Source of the DNA: a virus
DNA: 64,000 nt
Strand: one strand, 5' to 3'
IMG/VR virus record: IMGVR_UViG_3300031857_000055
Coordinates: 32,001 to 96,000 of that record
Shown: positions 20,233 through 31,431 of the stretch, one piece after another
Layout of the letters: each line of letters begins with the position of its first letter
Position numbering within the stretch: position 1 is the stretch's first letter
Position numbers and translations under genes: made by a program
The notes under the pieces: model-generated
The model's input: only the letters and a program-made list of their open reading frames with translations
The model's database searches: none
What the model was told of the DNA's origin: nothing

Positions 20233-21299
20233 TGTCTCAATCTGTATACGTTGTTCATCATAGTCAACAATACAATAATTACCAATGGGAAAAAGAAATT
20301 GCAGAAATTAATTCTATAAACCCGGACGTAGTATTGTGTTTTTGTTTAGAAGAATTTGACGTTAAGTACCTCTTTAGAAATTTTTTTCCTAAAGTAAGTG
20401 AATGGGCAGTAGCAAACAATAAATTAGTAAAAGTATTGGTATCTAACCCAGATAATATAGAATTGTTTCCTAACGTCATTACAGAAAGTACATTTGGATT
20501 TTATTATGCAATGATAGGAGTAGTTCACGCTGCTATTGCAAATAAGCAAGAAGTCACTCCCGTGTTATGCGATAAAGTGTTTACTTGCTACAACAATAAC
20601 CCTAAGTATGAACGAGCCTTGCTTATAGAGGAATTAGCAAAGCGACATTTAATGCAGCACGGTCTTGTTACTTTCTTATATCCTGAGGAGGTACAAAGAA
20701 GTTATGATTCAACGGAGTTTGCAGGGTGGCAATATCACGATGGAACTAAGCTTGTAGATGAATATGACTTTGAATTAAATTCTCGCACTGAGTTTAGACC
20801 AGACGTATTACCTAAAAGTTACCTCAGGGGCTTTGTTGATTTAGTATCAGAAAGCAATGTCAGACCTAGTGAGTTCTTCACTACAGAAAAGACAGCTAAA
20901 CCAATTGCTACGTTAAAGCCCTTTATATGTTTGGCTAATCCCGGCTATCATAAATTCTTAGTAGAAGAATATGGTTTAGAGCTATATGATGAATTATTTG
21001 ACTATAGCTTTGATGAGGAAACCGATTTAACTAAGCGAATTTCTATGATCGCGGACAACATAGAAAAGGTAGTACGATGTTATGATGACGATTATAAACT
21101 TTCTATCTATGAAAAGCTGTTTCCCAAACTGTTGATAAACAGACAACGTTTTGTGGACTATGGTTCAAATAGAAACAAAATGATGATTCACACAATTGAA
21201 CATGTTGTAACTAATAATTACACAGTATACGGAAGCGAGACAGGCCTCAATGAGGTCAAAACTCTCATAGAAAACTATAAAAAGGAAAACTGGTTGTGA
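20232..21299 (+). CDS. Putative GT-B-like transferase (TEK family, copy 2)
   Basis: 'VSESN...FTTEKTAKPIATLKPFI...FDYSFD'. Confidence 0.5.
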   Translation: MSQSVYVVHHSQQYNNYQWEKEIAEINSINPDVVLCFCLEEFDVKYLFRNFFPKVSEWAVANNKLVKVLVSNPDNIELFPNVITESTFGFYYAMIGVVHAAIANKQEVTPVLCDKVFTCYNNNPKYERALLIEELAKRHLMQHGLVTFLYPEEVQRSYDSTEFAGWQYHDGTKLVDEYDFELNSRTEFRPDVLPKSYLRGFVDLVSESNVRPSEFFTTEKTAKPIATLKPFICLANPGYHKFLVEEYGLELYDELFDYSFDEETDLTKRISMIADNIEKVVRCYDDDYKLSIYEKLFPKLLINRQRFVDYGSNRNKMMIHTIEHVVTNNYTVYGSETGLNEVKTLIENYKKENWL

Positions 21300-22162
21300 A
21301 CAAGTATATAATTGGATTGGGCTGTAGTTGGACACAAGGCGAAGGCGGCTACCCTGAACATATTTGGGAACAGTATAATGGTCGCCCGCAAATCAGTTTG
21401 CGCGGGCATTGCGACTATCATATACGACACTATGAACATGAGAACAGTTGGGTAAATGTACTGTGTCGTGATCACTTTCCTGACTACACGCCCATGAATC
21501 TAGGCGTCAAAGGTATCGGCAATCGTGCTGCAATTGAGCAATTATATTTCTGTGATAGAGTAGACTTTGATAATAGTGAAGTCATTATAGTATTAATGCT
21601 TAGCGGCTTTGAGAGACTGGACTTACCCGCTACATACTGCGACGGCGATCAATTAGACGATGGATATAGTAACGGAGATTATCGTCACTATAAATGGAAT
21701 ACAGCTTGGCCCCACGATTCTGCAAATCTGTTTTGGAAAGCATATGCTAAAGAACTATACTCAGAAAAATTCGTTGCTGTTGGACAGTTGTTAGCATTGT
21801 TACACCTGCAAGATTTCTGCAAAACACACAATTGTAAACTAATAGTTGCTAATGCGTTTAATCAACGTAATCAGGGTATACTTGAATATCTGAAGGAAGA
21901 AACCAAATCACTATTTGACAAGTTTGACTGGAGTACTTACTTACACAATACTACAGACTATGTTGCATTCGTAGAGAAATTAGTTGAGTTAGATGGCATC
22001 ATACCAAGGGATCAATGGCAAAGTTTTCATCAAGCATATTTTAACAGAACATGGCCAGCAAAATATCTTACAAATTGCGAAGGCGCACACCCTACTATTG
22101 ACGGATACAAAGTAATTGCAGCCGAGCTTGCAAAGTTCATTAAATACAAGAACTATGCGTAA
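21296..22162 (+). CDS. SGNH-hydrolase-like protein (GCS variant, copy 1)
   Basis: 'GLGCSWTQG' block I, 'NLGVKGIGN' block II, C-terminal 'GAHPTIDGYKVIA' block V. Confidence 0.6.
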   Translation: MNKYIIGLGCSWTQGEGGYPEHIWEQYNGRPQISLRGHCDYHIRHYEHENSWVNVLCRDHFPDYTPMNLGVKGIGNRAAIEQLYFCDRVDFDNSEVIIVLMLSGFERLDLPATYCDGDQLDDGYSNGDYRHYKWNTAWPHDSANLFWKAYAKELYSEKFVAVGQLLALLHLQDFCKTHNCKLIVANAFNQRNQGILEYLKEETKSLFDKFDWSTYLHNTTDYVAFVEKLVELDGIIPRDQWQSFHQAYFNRTWPAKYLTNCEGAHPTIDGYKVIAAELAKFIKYKNYA

Positions 22163-24086
22163 GAGAAAAATAAGCTTTGTCAACCCCAATTTTAATCAGG
22201 GTCCCAAAGAATTTAATGCCTATTATTTACCATATACTTCCGCAGTATTGTGGGCGTACGCCAGTCAATTCGAACATATCAGTACTCATATTGAGTTGGG
22301 TGAGTTTATTTGGCATAGAGAACCTATTGAAGACGTAGTTGAAAGATTAAAAGACCACGACATTGTTGCTCTATCTACGTATATTTGGAATAGAAATTAT
22401 AATCATGTATTAGGCCGCTCTCTTAAATTAGCTAATCCAGATATGCTGATTATTAGCGGCGGCCCAGAACCTCCCATTACCAACCCCAACTTCTTTGAGC
22501 TATTCCCTTATATTGATATCTGTTCTATTCAAGAAGGTGAGAAATCGCTGAAGGCTATTTTAGAACATTATTTGGAAGGCAACACTGACTATACAGATAT
22601 CAAAGGGTTGTTAATCAACGTCGATGGTAAAGCAGTCAACACGGGTAATCCAGATCGCATTAGTGACCTTGATACTATCCCCAGCCCATATCTCGTTGGC
22701 ATGTTTGACCACTTGTTTGAGAAGCATCCTGAAGTACGATGGAACGTTACATTAGAAACTAATCGCGGCTGTCCATATATGTGTACCTTCTGCGACTGGG
22801 GAAGCCTCACATATAGCAAAGTCAAGAAGTTTGATGAGACACGAGTATACAAAGAGCTTGAGTGGATTGGACAGAAGGGCTGCGACTTTGTAAGTATCAC
22901 TGATGCAAACTTCGGTATCTTCCCTGAGCGTGATATGGCTATCGCCCGCAAACTTGTCGAAGTGCAGCAACAGTATAGCAATCCAAAAGCTTACACAATA
23001 TCTTGGGCAAAGAATCAAAAGAAAGAAGTAGTTGACATTGTTAAGATGTTGATATATGAAGGCGGTAGCAAGATTGGTCTTAATCTCTCAGTACAGAGCA
23101 TGGACGAGCATACATTAGAGGTAATCAAGCGTAAGAATCTTGACACTAATAAGATTGAAGAAGTCTTTGATATGTGTGAAGAAAACAATATTCCATTATA
23201 CACTGAGTTGATTCTTGGCTTGCCCGGCGAAACAATGGAAAGTTGGAAAGAGAATTTCTATAGACTGTACAAGGCAGGCAACCACACTGGCATCACTATC
23301 TATCAGGCACAGTTGCTTGAGAACGCCGAAATGAACTTGACCCAACGTGAAAAATATCAACTGAAGGGTCAGATTGTATATGACTATCTGGTAGGAACAT
23401 ATAACGAGCATGAAGTTCGTGAGGGTATTGAAGTTGTTACTTCAACCATTGATTTGCCTATTGACAAAATGAATGAGGCACAAGTATTCAGTTGGTTTCA
23501 AAATACATTTCACATTAATGGCATCACTAATTACATTAGTCGTGTGCTATATAAAAAGTATGGCATTGAGTATAGCCAGTTCTATACTGACTTGCTTGAA
23601 TATATTAAGACGGATGAGTGGCTCAACAGTGAAATTGAACGTATCAGTGAGCATTATTTAAATTGGAATACTGAGGGCGCAATTGATCACGTTCCTATTC
23701 AGGGAATTGAAATTCATGGCTGGAACTTAGTGCATAGTACTATCATTAACTTAGCTAACCTAGATATGCACGACCATGTATTCAATGTGCTTGAAGAATT
23801 CTTAAAGACTACATACGAATTCTTACCTGAATCATTACTAAATGATTTAATGATGGTGCAAAGAAACTATCTAATCAAGTATAATGGCATACAATCATAT
23901 CCTAGAATAGTAGAACTTAAGCACGATATCTTTGGTTACGTACAGAATATGACTGAGTTAGACAGTGCTGCAACATATCACTTTGACTTCCCTGAAGACA
24001 AAACTATGTCACTAAGACAGTTCTGTGAGCAGATTTTCTTTGCAAGACGTAGAAACTTTGGAAAAGCATGGGTAACTAAATTATGA
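22155..24086 (+). CDS. Cobalamin-binding radical SAM enzyme (class B methyltransferase-like)
   Basis: N-terminal B12-binding-type region ('STYIWN...SGGPE...EGE'), 'ETNRGCPYMCTFC' and 'ILGLPGET'. Confidence 0.85.
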   Translation: MRKRKISFVNPNFNQGPKEFNAYYLPYTSAVLWAYASQFEHISTHIELGEFIWHREPIEDVVERLKDHDIVALSTYIWNRNYNHVLGRSLKLANPDMLIISGGPEPPITNPNFFELFPYIDICSIQEGEKSLKAILEHYLEGNTDYTDIKGLLINVDGKAVNTGNPDRISDLDTIPSPYLVGMFDHLFEKHPEVRWNVTLETNRGCPYMCTFCDWGSLTYSKVKKFDETRVYKELEWIGQKGCDFVSITDANFGIFPERDMAIARKLVEVQQQYSNPKAYTISWAKNQKKEVVDIVKMLIYEGGSKIGLNLSVQSMDEHTLEVIKRKNLDTNKIEEVFDMCEENNIPLYTELILGLPGETMESWKENFYRLYKAGNHTGITIYQAQLLENAEMNLTQREKYQLKGQIVYDYLVGTYNEHEVREGIEVVTSTIDLPIDKMNEAQVFSWFQNTFHINGITNYISRVLYKKYGIEYSQFYTDLLEYIKTDEWLNSEIERISEHYLNWNTEGAIDHVPIQGIEIHGWNLVHSTIINLANLDMHDHVFNVLEEFLKTTYEFLPESLLNDLMMVQRNYLIKYNGIQSYPRIVELKHDIFGYVQNMTELDSAATYHFDFPEDKTMSLRQFCEQIFFARRRNFGKAWVTKL

Positions 24087-25183
24087 TTATAAATCAAGAC
24101 AACATATTATATTACGGAAACAGCGGCCCCGAACTTAGACTACAAAGTTCATTGTTTAATATCAGAGACTTCAGTGATACAGACTATTGGTATATTGATT
24201 TCTTTCACGGTGAAGCACTTAAGGATGTGCATCAACATCTTCCCGAAGATGTACTGAATCGAATTCGTTTGGGTAGCGTTACATTAATATTGAACAATAG
24301 TCACGAAGCATACCATGATGTTGTAGAATATATCTATTTGTATTTGGTAGATGGTCTTAGTATTCCGGCTCAGCACATTACACTATTGAGTGAGAGTGCT
24401 ATTATTAATGAAGAAGTCAAGACAATTGCTAATAAGTATAATCTACCTGAAATAAAAACTGAGTGGCTTAGAATATTTGAACACAACATTCATGTTGCTA
24501 CTACCAAAACATTGAACACACTACAAGAAAAAGAATACACTAAAAAGTTTCTGAATCTAAATCGCAGATGGAGACCGCACAGGCCATTGTTTGTGGCATT
24601 GCTCAAGATTAATGACCTATTAGATCAGGGTTATGTGAGTATGGCTCCAGCAGATGACAATCAAGATTGGGAGAGAGCGTGGGACATGATTTCATATCTA
24701 GAGCCTGACTTGATCCCGCATAAAGATAATCTTGCTACTATTCCTGATTTATATCTGGATACTCGTGAAATGCATATCAATCAAGTGGCGTTGACTGACA
24801 GCACCGATCAATATTATCTTGACTCATATTTCAGCATTGTATCAGAGACAAACTTCTATAAAGAATATGGCCCAGGATTGTTTCTTAGCGAAAAGGTATT
24901 CAAGCCTGTCAGCAGAAGGCATCCTTTCTTAGTATTAGCTCGTCCACATACTATCAAGAAATTCAACGAGCTTGGCTATCGTAGCTTTAGCGAAATAATT
25001 GATGAGTCATACGATAATGAGTTTGATGACCGCAAACGAATGATGATGGTTCTTGAAGAAACTAAACGTCTCTGCAACCTAACAGTTGATGAGTTGAAAC
25101 ATTTCTTAAAGGTGGCAAGAGAGATAACACTACACAACTACCTACTACTCAGAAACAAAAGAAACTTTATTACAAAATTATGA
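24083..25183 (+). CDS. Putative GT-B-like transferase (TEK family, copy 3)
   Basis: 'KKFLNLNRRWRPHR...VSETNF...LSEKVFKPV...HPF...GYRSF...DESYD'. Confidence 0.5.
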   Translation: MIINQDNILYYGNSGPELRLQSSLFNIRDFSDTDYWYIDFFHGEALKDVHQHLPEDVLNRIRLGSVTLILNNSHEAYHDVVEYIYLYLVDGLSIPAQHITLLSESAIINEEVKTIANKYNLPEIKTEWLRIFEHNIHVATTKTLNTLQEKEYTKKFLNLNRRWRPHRPLFVALLKINDLLDQGYVSMAPADDNQDWERAWDMISYLEPDLIPHKDNLATIPDLYLDTREMHINQVALTDSTDQYYLDSYFSIVSETNFYKEYGPGLFLSEKVFKPVSRRHPFLVLARPHTIKKFNELGYRSFSEIIDESYDNEFDDRKRMMMVLEETKRLCNLTVDELKHFLKVAREITLHNYLLLRNKRNFITKL

Positions 25184-25959
25184 ACCTAGATTTAACAAAA
25201 TACAAGAGGCTGTTTACATTTGGATGTAGCTTTACAAACTACAGATTTCCTACCTGGGCGCATATACTTAGTAAGTCTATGCCTGACTGTGAGTTTCATA
25301 ACTTAGGCAGAGGCAGCGGAGGCAACCTGTTCATTGCAAATAGAATCACTGAGGCTAATAAGAAGTTCAAGTTCTGTGAGACTGATTTGGTTATAGTAAT
25401 GTGGTCTACGTTATGCAGAGAAGATAGATTTGTAAACGACAATTGGGTATTGGCTGGCAACATCTTTACGCAAGGGTATTACGATGACAAGTTTGTAAAG
25501 AAGTTTTGTGATCCAGTTGGTTATCTTATTAGAGATTTATCCTTGATTGAATTGTCTAAAACATATCTGAACAGTTTGCTATGTGACAACTATATGATGC
25601 TGAGCGTTCCATTCACTAATCAGATTGTGGAAGAAACAAAGACTACAACTGATGTATTAGCAACATACCGGGATCTTATCAATAGTTTCCCTGCATCAAT
25701 GTTTGAGCTTGAAATGAATAATTCGTGGACTAACGATGTGATTTATAGAATGTCTGATGGTCAAGTTCAAGTAGATTATCATCCGACTCCAATGAACTAC
25801 TATAACTATTTGACCAAGCTCGGCTTTGCTCTAAATGAGGATAGTAAGTTATATGCATTGGAAAGCGACAAGACATATAGGACCGTAGAATCCATTGAGC
25901 AACTACAAGCATTATTCTATGAGGAGTATGACTTCTTCACTACAAAAAACATGTGGTGA
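25180..25959 (+). CDS. SGNH-hydrolase-like protein (copy 2)
   Basis: 'FTFGCSFT...NLGRGSGGN...DYHPTP'. Confidence 0.6.
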   Translation: MNLDLTKYKRLFTFGCSFTNYRFPTWAHILSKSMPDCEFHNLGRGSGGNLFIANRITEANKKFKFCETDLVIVMWSTLCREDRFVNDNWVLAGNIFTQGYYDDKFVKKFCDPVGYLIRDLSLIELSKTYLNSLLCDNYMMLSVPFTNQIVEETKTTTDVLATYRDLINSFPASMFELEMNNSWTNDVIYRMSDGQVQVDYHPTPMNYYNYLTKLGFALNEDSKLYALESDKTYRTVESIEQLQALFYEEYDFFTTKNMW

Positions 25960-25982
25960 AATGTGTCCAATAAATAGTTGCA

Positions 25983-26780
25983 ATGTTAGATTTAAGCAAA
26001 TATCGTCGTTTTTTCGCATTTGGCTGTAGCTTTACATCATACAAGACACCGACCTGGGCTGATATCGTAGCTAAAGAAATGCCAAATGCAGAGTATTATA
26101 ATTTTGGACAAGGCGGTGGCGGCAATCTATTCATCAACAATCGTGTAGCTCAAGCTAATTTAAAATATAGTTTCAATGAACATGATTTGGTTATGATCAT
26201 GTTTACTACCGTATGCAGAGAAGATCGCTTTCTTAATGGTAGGTGGGAGTCGCACGGAAATGTATTTAATCAATCTTTTTACAGTAAAGAATTCGTAAAG
26301 AACTATTGCGATCCGGTTGGCTATCTTGTTAGAGATGCTGCACTAATTGAGATGACTACGGGTTATGTGACAAATTTGCCATGCACTACGAAATTTTTGT
26401 CAATGGTTGACCTATCACTGGAAGCTGGGTTATTAACTGAAACTGCAAGCATAAACAGTGACCGTGCTGCTGTTACTAAGATAAAAAAAATATATCGTGA
26501 TAAAATGAAATTTCCGGCAGTAATCAATAATGGAGAAGTCAGTTTCAAAGGCGTAGAACTTATTGATAAATTTGGTAAGTTATTTAAAGACGGTCATCCA
26601 CTGGCTGACGATTATGCAGAGTTCTTACATAGCATTAACTTCCCTATCACTGAGCGGGGACTATCATATGTTGAAGAAGCGATGACTAAACTAAAAAATG
26701 CAAAAACCTGGGACGATGTTAGAGCATCATTTCCAGACATAAGGCAGCATCAAGAATATAGAAACAGAAGCGTAATTTAA
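25983..26780 (+). CDS. SGNH-hydrolase-like protein (copy 3, tandem paralog of 25180)
   Basis: 'FAFGCSFT...NFGQGGGGN...DGHP'. Shares 'CREDRF' and 'CDPVGYL.RD' with the previous gene. Confidence 0.6.
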   Translation: MLDLSKYRRFFAFGCSFTSYKTPTWADIVAKEMPNAEYYNFGQGGGGNLFINNRVAQANLKYSFNEHDLVMIMFTTVCREDRFLNGRWESHGNVFNQSFYSKEFVKNYCDPVGYLVRDAALIEMTTGYVTNLPCTTKFLSMVDLSLEAGLLTETASINSDRAAVTKIKKIYRDKMKFPAVINNGEVSFKGVELIDKFGKLFKDGHPLADDYAEFLHSINFPITERGLSYVEEAMTKLKNAKTWDDVRASFPDIRQHQEYRNRSVI

Positions 26781-26792
26781 TAGGAAAAATAT

Positions 26793-27983
26793 ATGAACAA
26801 AGTAGCAATGATCGGCGTTGGCAAACTAGGACAAGATTGCGCCGAAGTTATGGCAACAAAGTATGATGTTGTGGGGTACGATATTGAGCCTAGAAACCCC
26901 GGCTTTCCAATGCGAGATACGATTAAAGAAGCAGTTGAAGATAGAGACATTATCTTTATTGCTGCGCCTACTCCACATGACCCAATGTATGGGGGAGAAA
27001 CTCCCACGAGTCATTTACCTAATAAAGATTTTGACTATACGATTGTCTCAGAAATCTTGGATGAGGTTAACAAGTATACCAATCAGAATCAATTAGTAGT
27101 TTTGATTAGCACTGTGTTGCCTGGCACTGTACGTAATATCTTAAGACCTAAAATCACTAACGCACGATTTATCTATAACCCATATCTTATTGCTATGGGT
27201 ACAATCAAGTACGATATGGTTAATCCTGAAATGATTATCATTGGTACAGAAGATGGTACTGCCACAGAAGATGCATTAGAATTAGTTAATTTCTATGTGC
27301 CATTAATGCAGAACAATCCACGATATGAATTGGGCACCTGGGAAGAAGCAGAGTCAATTAAAATCTTCTACAACACCTTTATTAGCACGAAAGTTGCATT
27401 AGTCAATATGATTCAGGATGTTGCCGAACGCAGCGGTAATATGTGTGTTGACGTTGTAACTGGAGCACTAGAACGTTCTACGCAGCGTATTTTGGGTCCG
27501 GCATATATGAAGGCTGGTATGGGAGACGGCGGCGCATGTCACCCTCGTGACAATATCGCATTGAGATATCTTGCTGAGAAGCTTGACTTAGGGTATGATC
27601 TATTTGATAGTATCATGCGGGCACGAGAAGTGCAAGCAGAAAATATGGCTAAAGCATTGTTGAAGTATGGTAAGAACGTAACCATCATCGGCAAGGCATA
27701 TAAGCCAGGAGTGCATTACACAAACGGTAGCTCAAGTATGCTGGTTGGATACTATGTTGAACAACATGGTGGAAACATCAACTACTATGATGAACACACT
27801 GGCGACTTAGATTTGGCCGAAGATTGGACTGAAGTCTATCTGATCGGTTACTGGGATGACTATGTAGAGGAATTAAAGTTCAGTGATGAGAACATTGCGA
27901 CTGTAGTTGATCCCTGGCGCAGATGGACAACTGATAGATGTTCAGGTCACGTAGTACATTATGGTAACTCTAGGAAGCAATAA
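26793..27983 (+). CDS. ugd: UDP-glucose/GDP-mannose family nucleotide-sugar 6-dehydrogenase
   Basis: GVGKLG Rossmann motif, 'APTP', 'STVLPGT', 'AESIKIFYN' and catalytic 'GGACHPRD'. Confidence 0.85.
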   Translation: MNKVAMIGVGKLGQDCAEVMATKYDVVGYDIEPRNPGFPMRDTIKEAVEDRDIIFIAAPTPHDPMYGGETPTSHLPNKDFDYTIVSEILDEVNKYTNQNQLVVLISTVLPGTVRNILRPKITNARFIYNPYLIAMGTIKYDMVNPEMIIIGTEDGTATEDALELVNFYVPLMQNNPRYELGTWEEAESIKIFYNTFISTKVALVNMIQDVAERSGNMCVDVVTGALERSTQRILGPAYMKAGMGDGGACHPRDNIALRYLAEKLDLGYDLFDSIMRAREVQAENMAKALLKYGKNVTIIGKAYKPGVHYTNGSSSMLVGYYVEQHGGNINYYDEHTGDLDLAEDWTEVYLIGYWDDYVEELKFSDENIATVVDPWRRWTTDRCSGHVVHYGNSRKQ

Positions 27984-29140
27984 TGGATCTGTCAAAACAT
28001 GATGCATATAGATATCCGGAATATGATGACTACATGAAATTGCTTTGGCAAAATTATTGGCCAAATAACATTCATCTATTTGATAAAGTAAGACACATCT
28101 ATGCCGGTGCCCATGCATCTATGAGTTTCAAATGGAGACCAATCGAATCTATTATTGAAGAAATAAAAGATTTCTATCAATCAGGCATAAGAATATTTTT
28201 CTTTGAATGCTTGACTGAGGGTGTTATCATTGATGGCATTGAAAAGATTGCTAAGGTAGCACTACACTTTTCAAACTTTCCCGATATCAAATTATTCTAT
28301 TGGTCAGGAGATTACACAGCAGAAAAACATGTTAACAAGCATTTAGGTAGTATAGGCATACCTAAAAAGTTCGCTGTAATCGGTACCAGTCACCTAGAAC
28401 TAACGGGCAAAACATATCCGCCATATGATAAAGATTATGCCGTTGGACCTAGAGAAAAGAAGTTTCTATGCTTTAACAAAGTCCATCGCCAGCATAGAAT
28501 TGACTTATTAGAGTACGTAGTTACTAACAATCTATTGGATGATAGCTATTATTCATTTGATTGTAGCGAAGATAATTTAGAACTATTAGTTAACGATATC
28601 AACTATCCGGGCATTAGATCAATAAAAGATCGTATCCCACTAATATTGAACAAAACACCGGAACGTGATAATCCGGTCAATATCATTGAAGACGATCACA
28701 AATATTTTGAAAACACATATTTTAGTGTAGTAACCGAAACGTTATTCTATCGTGACCCCATAGCACCTAAGCAAAGATTAATGATGCATGTTCCCGGAAC
28801 TTATCCCGGAAGATTCGTTACTGAGAAAACATTTAAGTGTATTGTAATGAAGCACCCCTTTGTTGTTTTGGGTCCATATAAGATGTTAGAGTTCATGAAG
28901 TCAAGGGGTTATAAAACTTTCAGCCCTTTTATTGATGAGAGTTATGACGATATTGAGAACGATGACGAAAGATTACTTGCTGTCGGTAACGAAATTAAAA
29001 GACTATGTAATCTAAGCGAAGACGAATTGGTAAGATTCACCGAGTTTGCTAAACCTATCGTAGAACACAATGAGAATGTTGTTCGCAATGTTACCGATTT
29101 CACTACTATTAATAATTTAGGCGACTATATAACTGTGTAA
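27983..29140 (+). CDS. Putative GT-B-like transferase (TEK family, copy 4)
   Basis: 'KKFLCFNKVHRQHR...VTETLF...VTEKTFKC...HPF...GYKTF...DESYD'. Confidence 0.5.
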   Translation: MDLSKHDAYRYPEYDDYMKLLWQNYWPNNIHLFDKVRHIYAGAHASMSFKWRPIESIIEEIKDFYQSGIRIFFFECLTEGVIIDGIEKIAKVALHFSNFPDIKLFYWSGDYTAEKHVNKHLGSIGIPKKFAVIGTSHLELTGKTYPPYDKDYAVGPREKKFLCFNKVHRQHRIDLLEYVVTNNLLDDSYYSFDCSEDNLELLVNDINYPGIRSIKDRIPLILNKTPERDNPVNIIEDDHKYFENTYFSVVTETLFYRDPIAPKQRLMMHVPGTYPGRFVTEKTFKCIVMKHPFVVLGPYKMLEFMKSRGYKTFSPFIDESYDDIENDDERLLAVGNEIKRLCNLSEDELVRFTEFAKPIVEHNENVVRNVTDFTTINNLGDYITV

Positions 29141-29166
29141 ATACTACACGATATAGGGAGCAACAC

Positions 29167-31431
29167 TTGGATTTTAATCTAAAATCACTGGCTAAAAAAG
29201 AATTAAAGCCTAATGAAAGACCAACTGAGGACGTTGGTGATCTTCGTCACCGCAGCATGATGGAAGCAATTGCTCCTTATGCTAAAGACGTTGTGGTCAA
29301 TGCAAAGAATTTGACACCGGTCTACGTAGATTATAAGACCCGTGATACTAAGATGGTTCTTGTATTATGTCCGGAATGGAGCCCATACATGCCTCCGTTC
29401 AGTCTTGCAAGACTGAGTGGTGTTGCAAAGGCTTCTGGGTATGAGACACATATCATGGATTTAAACGTTAAGGCTTATAACGCATACCGTGATGATTGGC
29501 AACCTAACAACAAGCTACCATTTAGATTGTGGGACCCATCAAGCTCATGGCACTGGCTAGGTGACACTTACATGAATGATATTCATCCTGTACTTGAGCC
29601 TATTCTAAGCGCAGCAGTAGATGAAATCATTGAAATGAATCCTCAAGTTGTTGGGTTCAGCGTGTATTATATCAGTGAGGAACCCACTAAGTGGATGGCT
29701 CAAGAAATTAAGAGACGCAATCCAAACATTCTCATTGCAGTTGGTGGCCCTAACGTACACAAGAGCTGGTTTGATATTCGTCCTTACTATGATTATATCA
29801 TCGTAGGCGAAGGTGAGCAGAATCTACTCGTAATGCTTGATGAAATTGAAGAAGGCAAGCGCCCTTTTCCTGGTCAGCCCAGAGTGCTGACACAGCCTGA
29901 GAATCAACGTATCAACATCAATGGTCTGCCTATGCCAGACTATGAATCAATTGACTTCTCACTATACGAAGTGCCTAATGGCGTCAACAGTGAGATTAGC
30001 CGCGGCTGTACTGCTAAGTGTACGTTCTGTGAAGAAACACACTTTTGGAAGTATCGTCAACGTCAAGCAGTTGACTTAATCACCGAAGTTGAATGGCTAT
30101 ACTATAACAAGGGCACCGACGTTATTTGGTTCATTGATAGTCTTATCAACGGCAACATCAACGAGCTTAGAGCGTTTGCACTTGCACTAAAAGAGAAGGG
30201 ACTTAAGGTTCGCTTTACTGGATATGCCAGACACGACGGTAGAATGACATTAGAATATCTACAAGACTTAGCTGACGGTGGATGCATCATGTTCAATTTC
30301 GGATGTGAATCAGCATCGCAGAAAGTACTTGACGATATGCACAAGGGCGTTACTATTGCAGAAATGGAGCAGAACTTCATTGACTGCAAGAAGGTAGGTA
30401 TTTGGTGCGCTACTAACTGGATTGTTGCATTCCCCACAGAAGACTTCCAAGACTATAGCGACACCATGACGTTTATGTGGCGTATGCGTAACAACAATGT
30501 TAACAATATGGGATTGGGAGTAGGATATGGATTAGGCCCCGAAACAATCGTGGGGCAGAATCCACACGCATATAATATCAGCTTCCATAAGTATCAGGGA
30601 CACTGGATCAGTAAAGACTTAGCAATGGGCGGACCTCATGTCATGACTCGTGTTAAGAATATTCATATTTGGCTGGACTTCTTTAAAAATTGTACAGATG
30701 TTCCGATTGGCTACCCTATTAGGCATAATCTAGAAAAAGAACATTATAAGATTAAACTCAATAACCCAAATCTACAGAAAGAAATGGCATATGAAAAGTT
30801 TGACTATAACATCATTCCTCCCTTAGGAGATAACAATCCTTTTGCCAATCAGTTAGTCAATGAAATGTGGCCCTTCTTTAGAAATCTGTGGAGAGCTAGG
30901 GGAGGTTACGAAGCAGAAATTTACTTCAACCCTGAGATAGACTTGAAAGAGTTCGGAACTCAGTATGGTCCAGGTCAGTACTGGGCAACGTTTAAGTTCA
31001 AGATTACTGATGAGGGTCAATGGAACGCTCACTTCAATATCAAGTTTGAACAGGTTGACAATCCTCTAGATGATCGTGAACGTCCACCCGAAGGTCGTAA
31101 GGGTCCTTTCTATGCGCAGGACTATTCACGATTGCAATCCAATACAGTAAAGAGAGCCAGAAAGCTTGCTAAGCCTACTTGGAGTAATCAAGAAGGTAGA
31201 TCAGGACAAGACTTTGCTGACTTGCTTGACGAAGAAGCATATTTGAACGCTACCATTGACTTTAGCTTTCACTTAGATTGGCAGGGTTCAGGTGACTGGA
31301 GCGATCATGAAAAGTATCGTGTTGATGTAAGTAGCACATCACGAGACATTATTCCAGAAAAGGAAAGTGACACCGGATCAGATATTGTGTCTAGTATTTC
31401 ATTGGATAGTATAAGGCGTAAACCAAAATGA
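29167..31431 (+). CDS. Cobalamin-binding radical SAM enzyme (class B methyltransferase-like)
   Basis: 'PPFSLARL...VGFSV...VGGP...GEGE', 'SRGCTAKCTFC' and 'GCESAS'. TTG start with AGGGAG RBS. Confidence 0.85.
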   Translation: MDFNLKSLAKKELKPNERPTEDVGDLRHRSMMEAIAPYAKDVVVNAKNLTPVYVDYKTRDTKMVLVLCPEWSPYMPPFSLARLSGVAKASGYETHIMDLNVKAYNAYRDDWQPNNKLPFRLWDPSSSWHWLGDTYMNDIHPVLEPILSAAVDEIIEMNPQVVGFSVYYISEEPTKWMAQEIKRRNPNILIAVGGPNVHKSWFDIRPYYDYIIVGEGEQNLLVMLDEIEEGKRPFPGQPRVLTQPENQRININGLPMPDYESIDFSLYEVPNGVNSEISRGCTAKCTFCEETHFWKYRQRQAVDLITEVEWLYYNKGTDVIWFIDSLINGNINELRAFALALKEKGLKVRFTGYARHDGRMTLEYLQDLADGGCIMFNFGCESASQKVLDDMHKGVTIAEMEQNFIDCKKVGIWCATNWIVAFPTEDFQDYSDTMTFMWRMRNNNVNNMGLGVGYGLGPETIVGQNPHAYNISFHKYQGHWISKDLAMGGPHVMTRVKNIHIWLDFFKNCTDVPIGYPIRHNLEKEHYKIKLNNPNLQKEMAYEKFDYNIIPPLGDNNPFANQLVNEMWPFFRNLWRARGGYEAEIYFNPEIDLKEFGTQYGPGQYWATFKFKITDEGQWNAHFNIKFEQVDNPLDDRERPPEGRKGPFYAQDYSRLQSNTVKRARKLAKPTWSNQEGRSGQDFADLLDEEAYLNATIDFSFHLDWQGSGDWSDHEKYRVDVSSTSRDIIPEKESDTGSDIVSSISLDSIRRKPK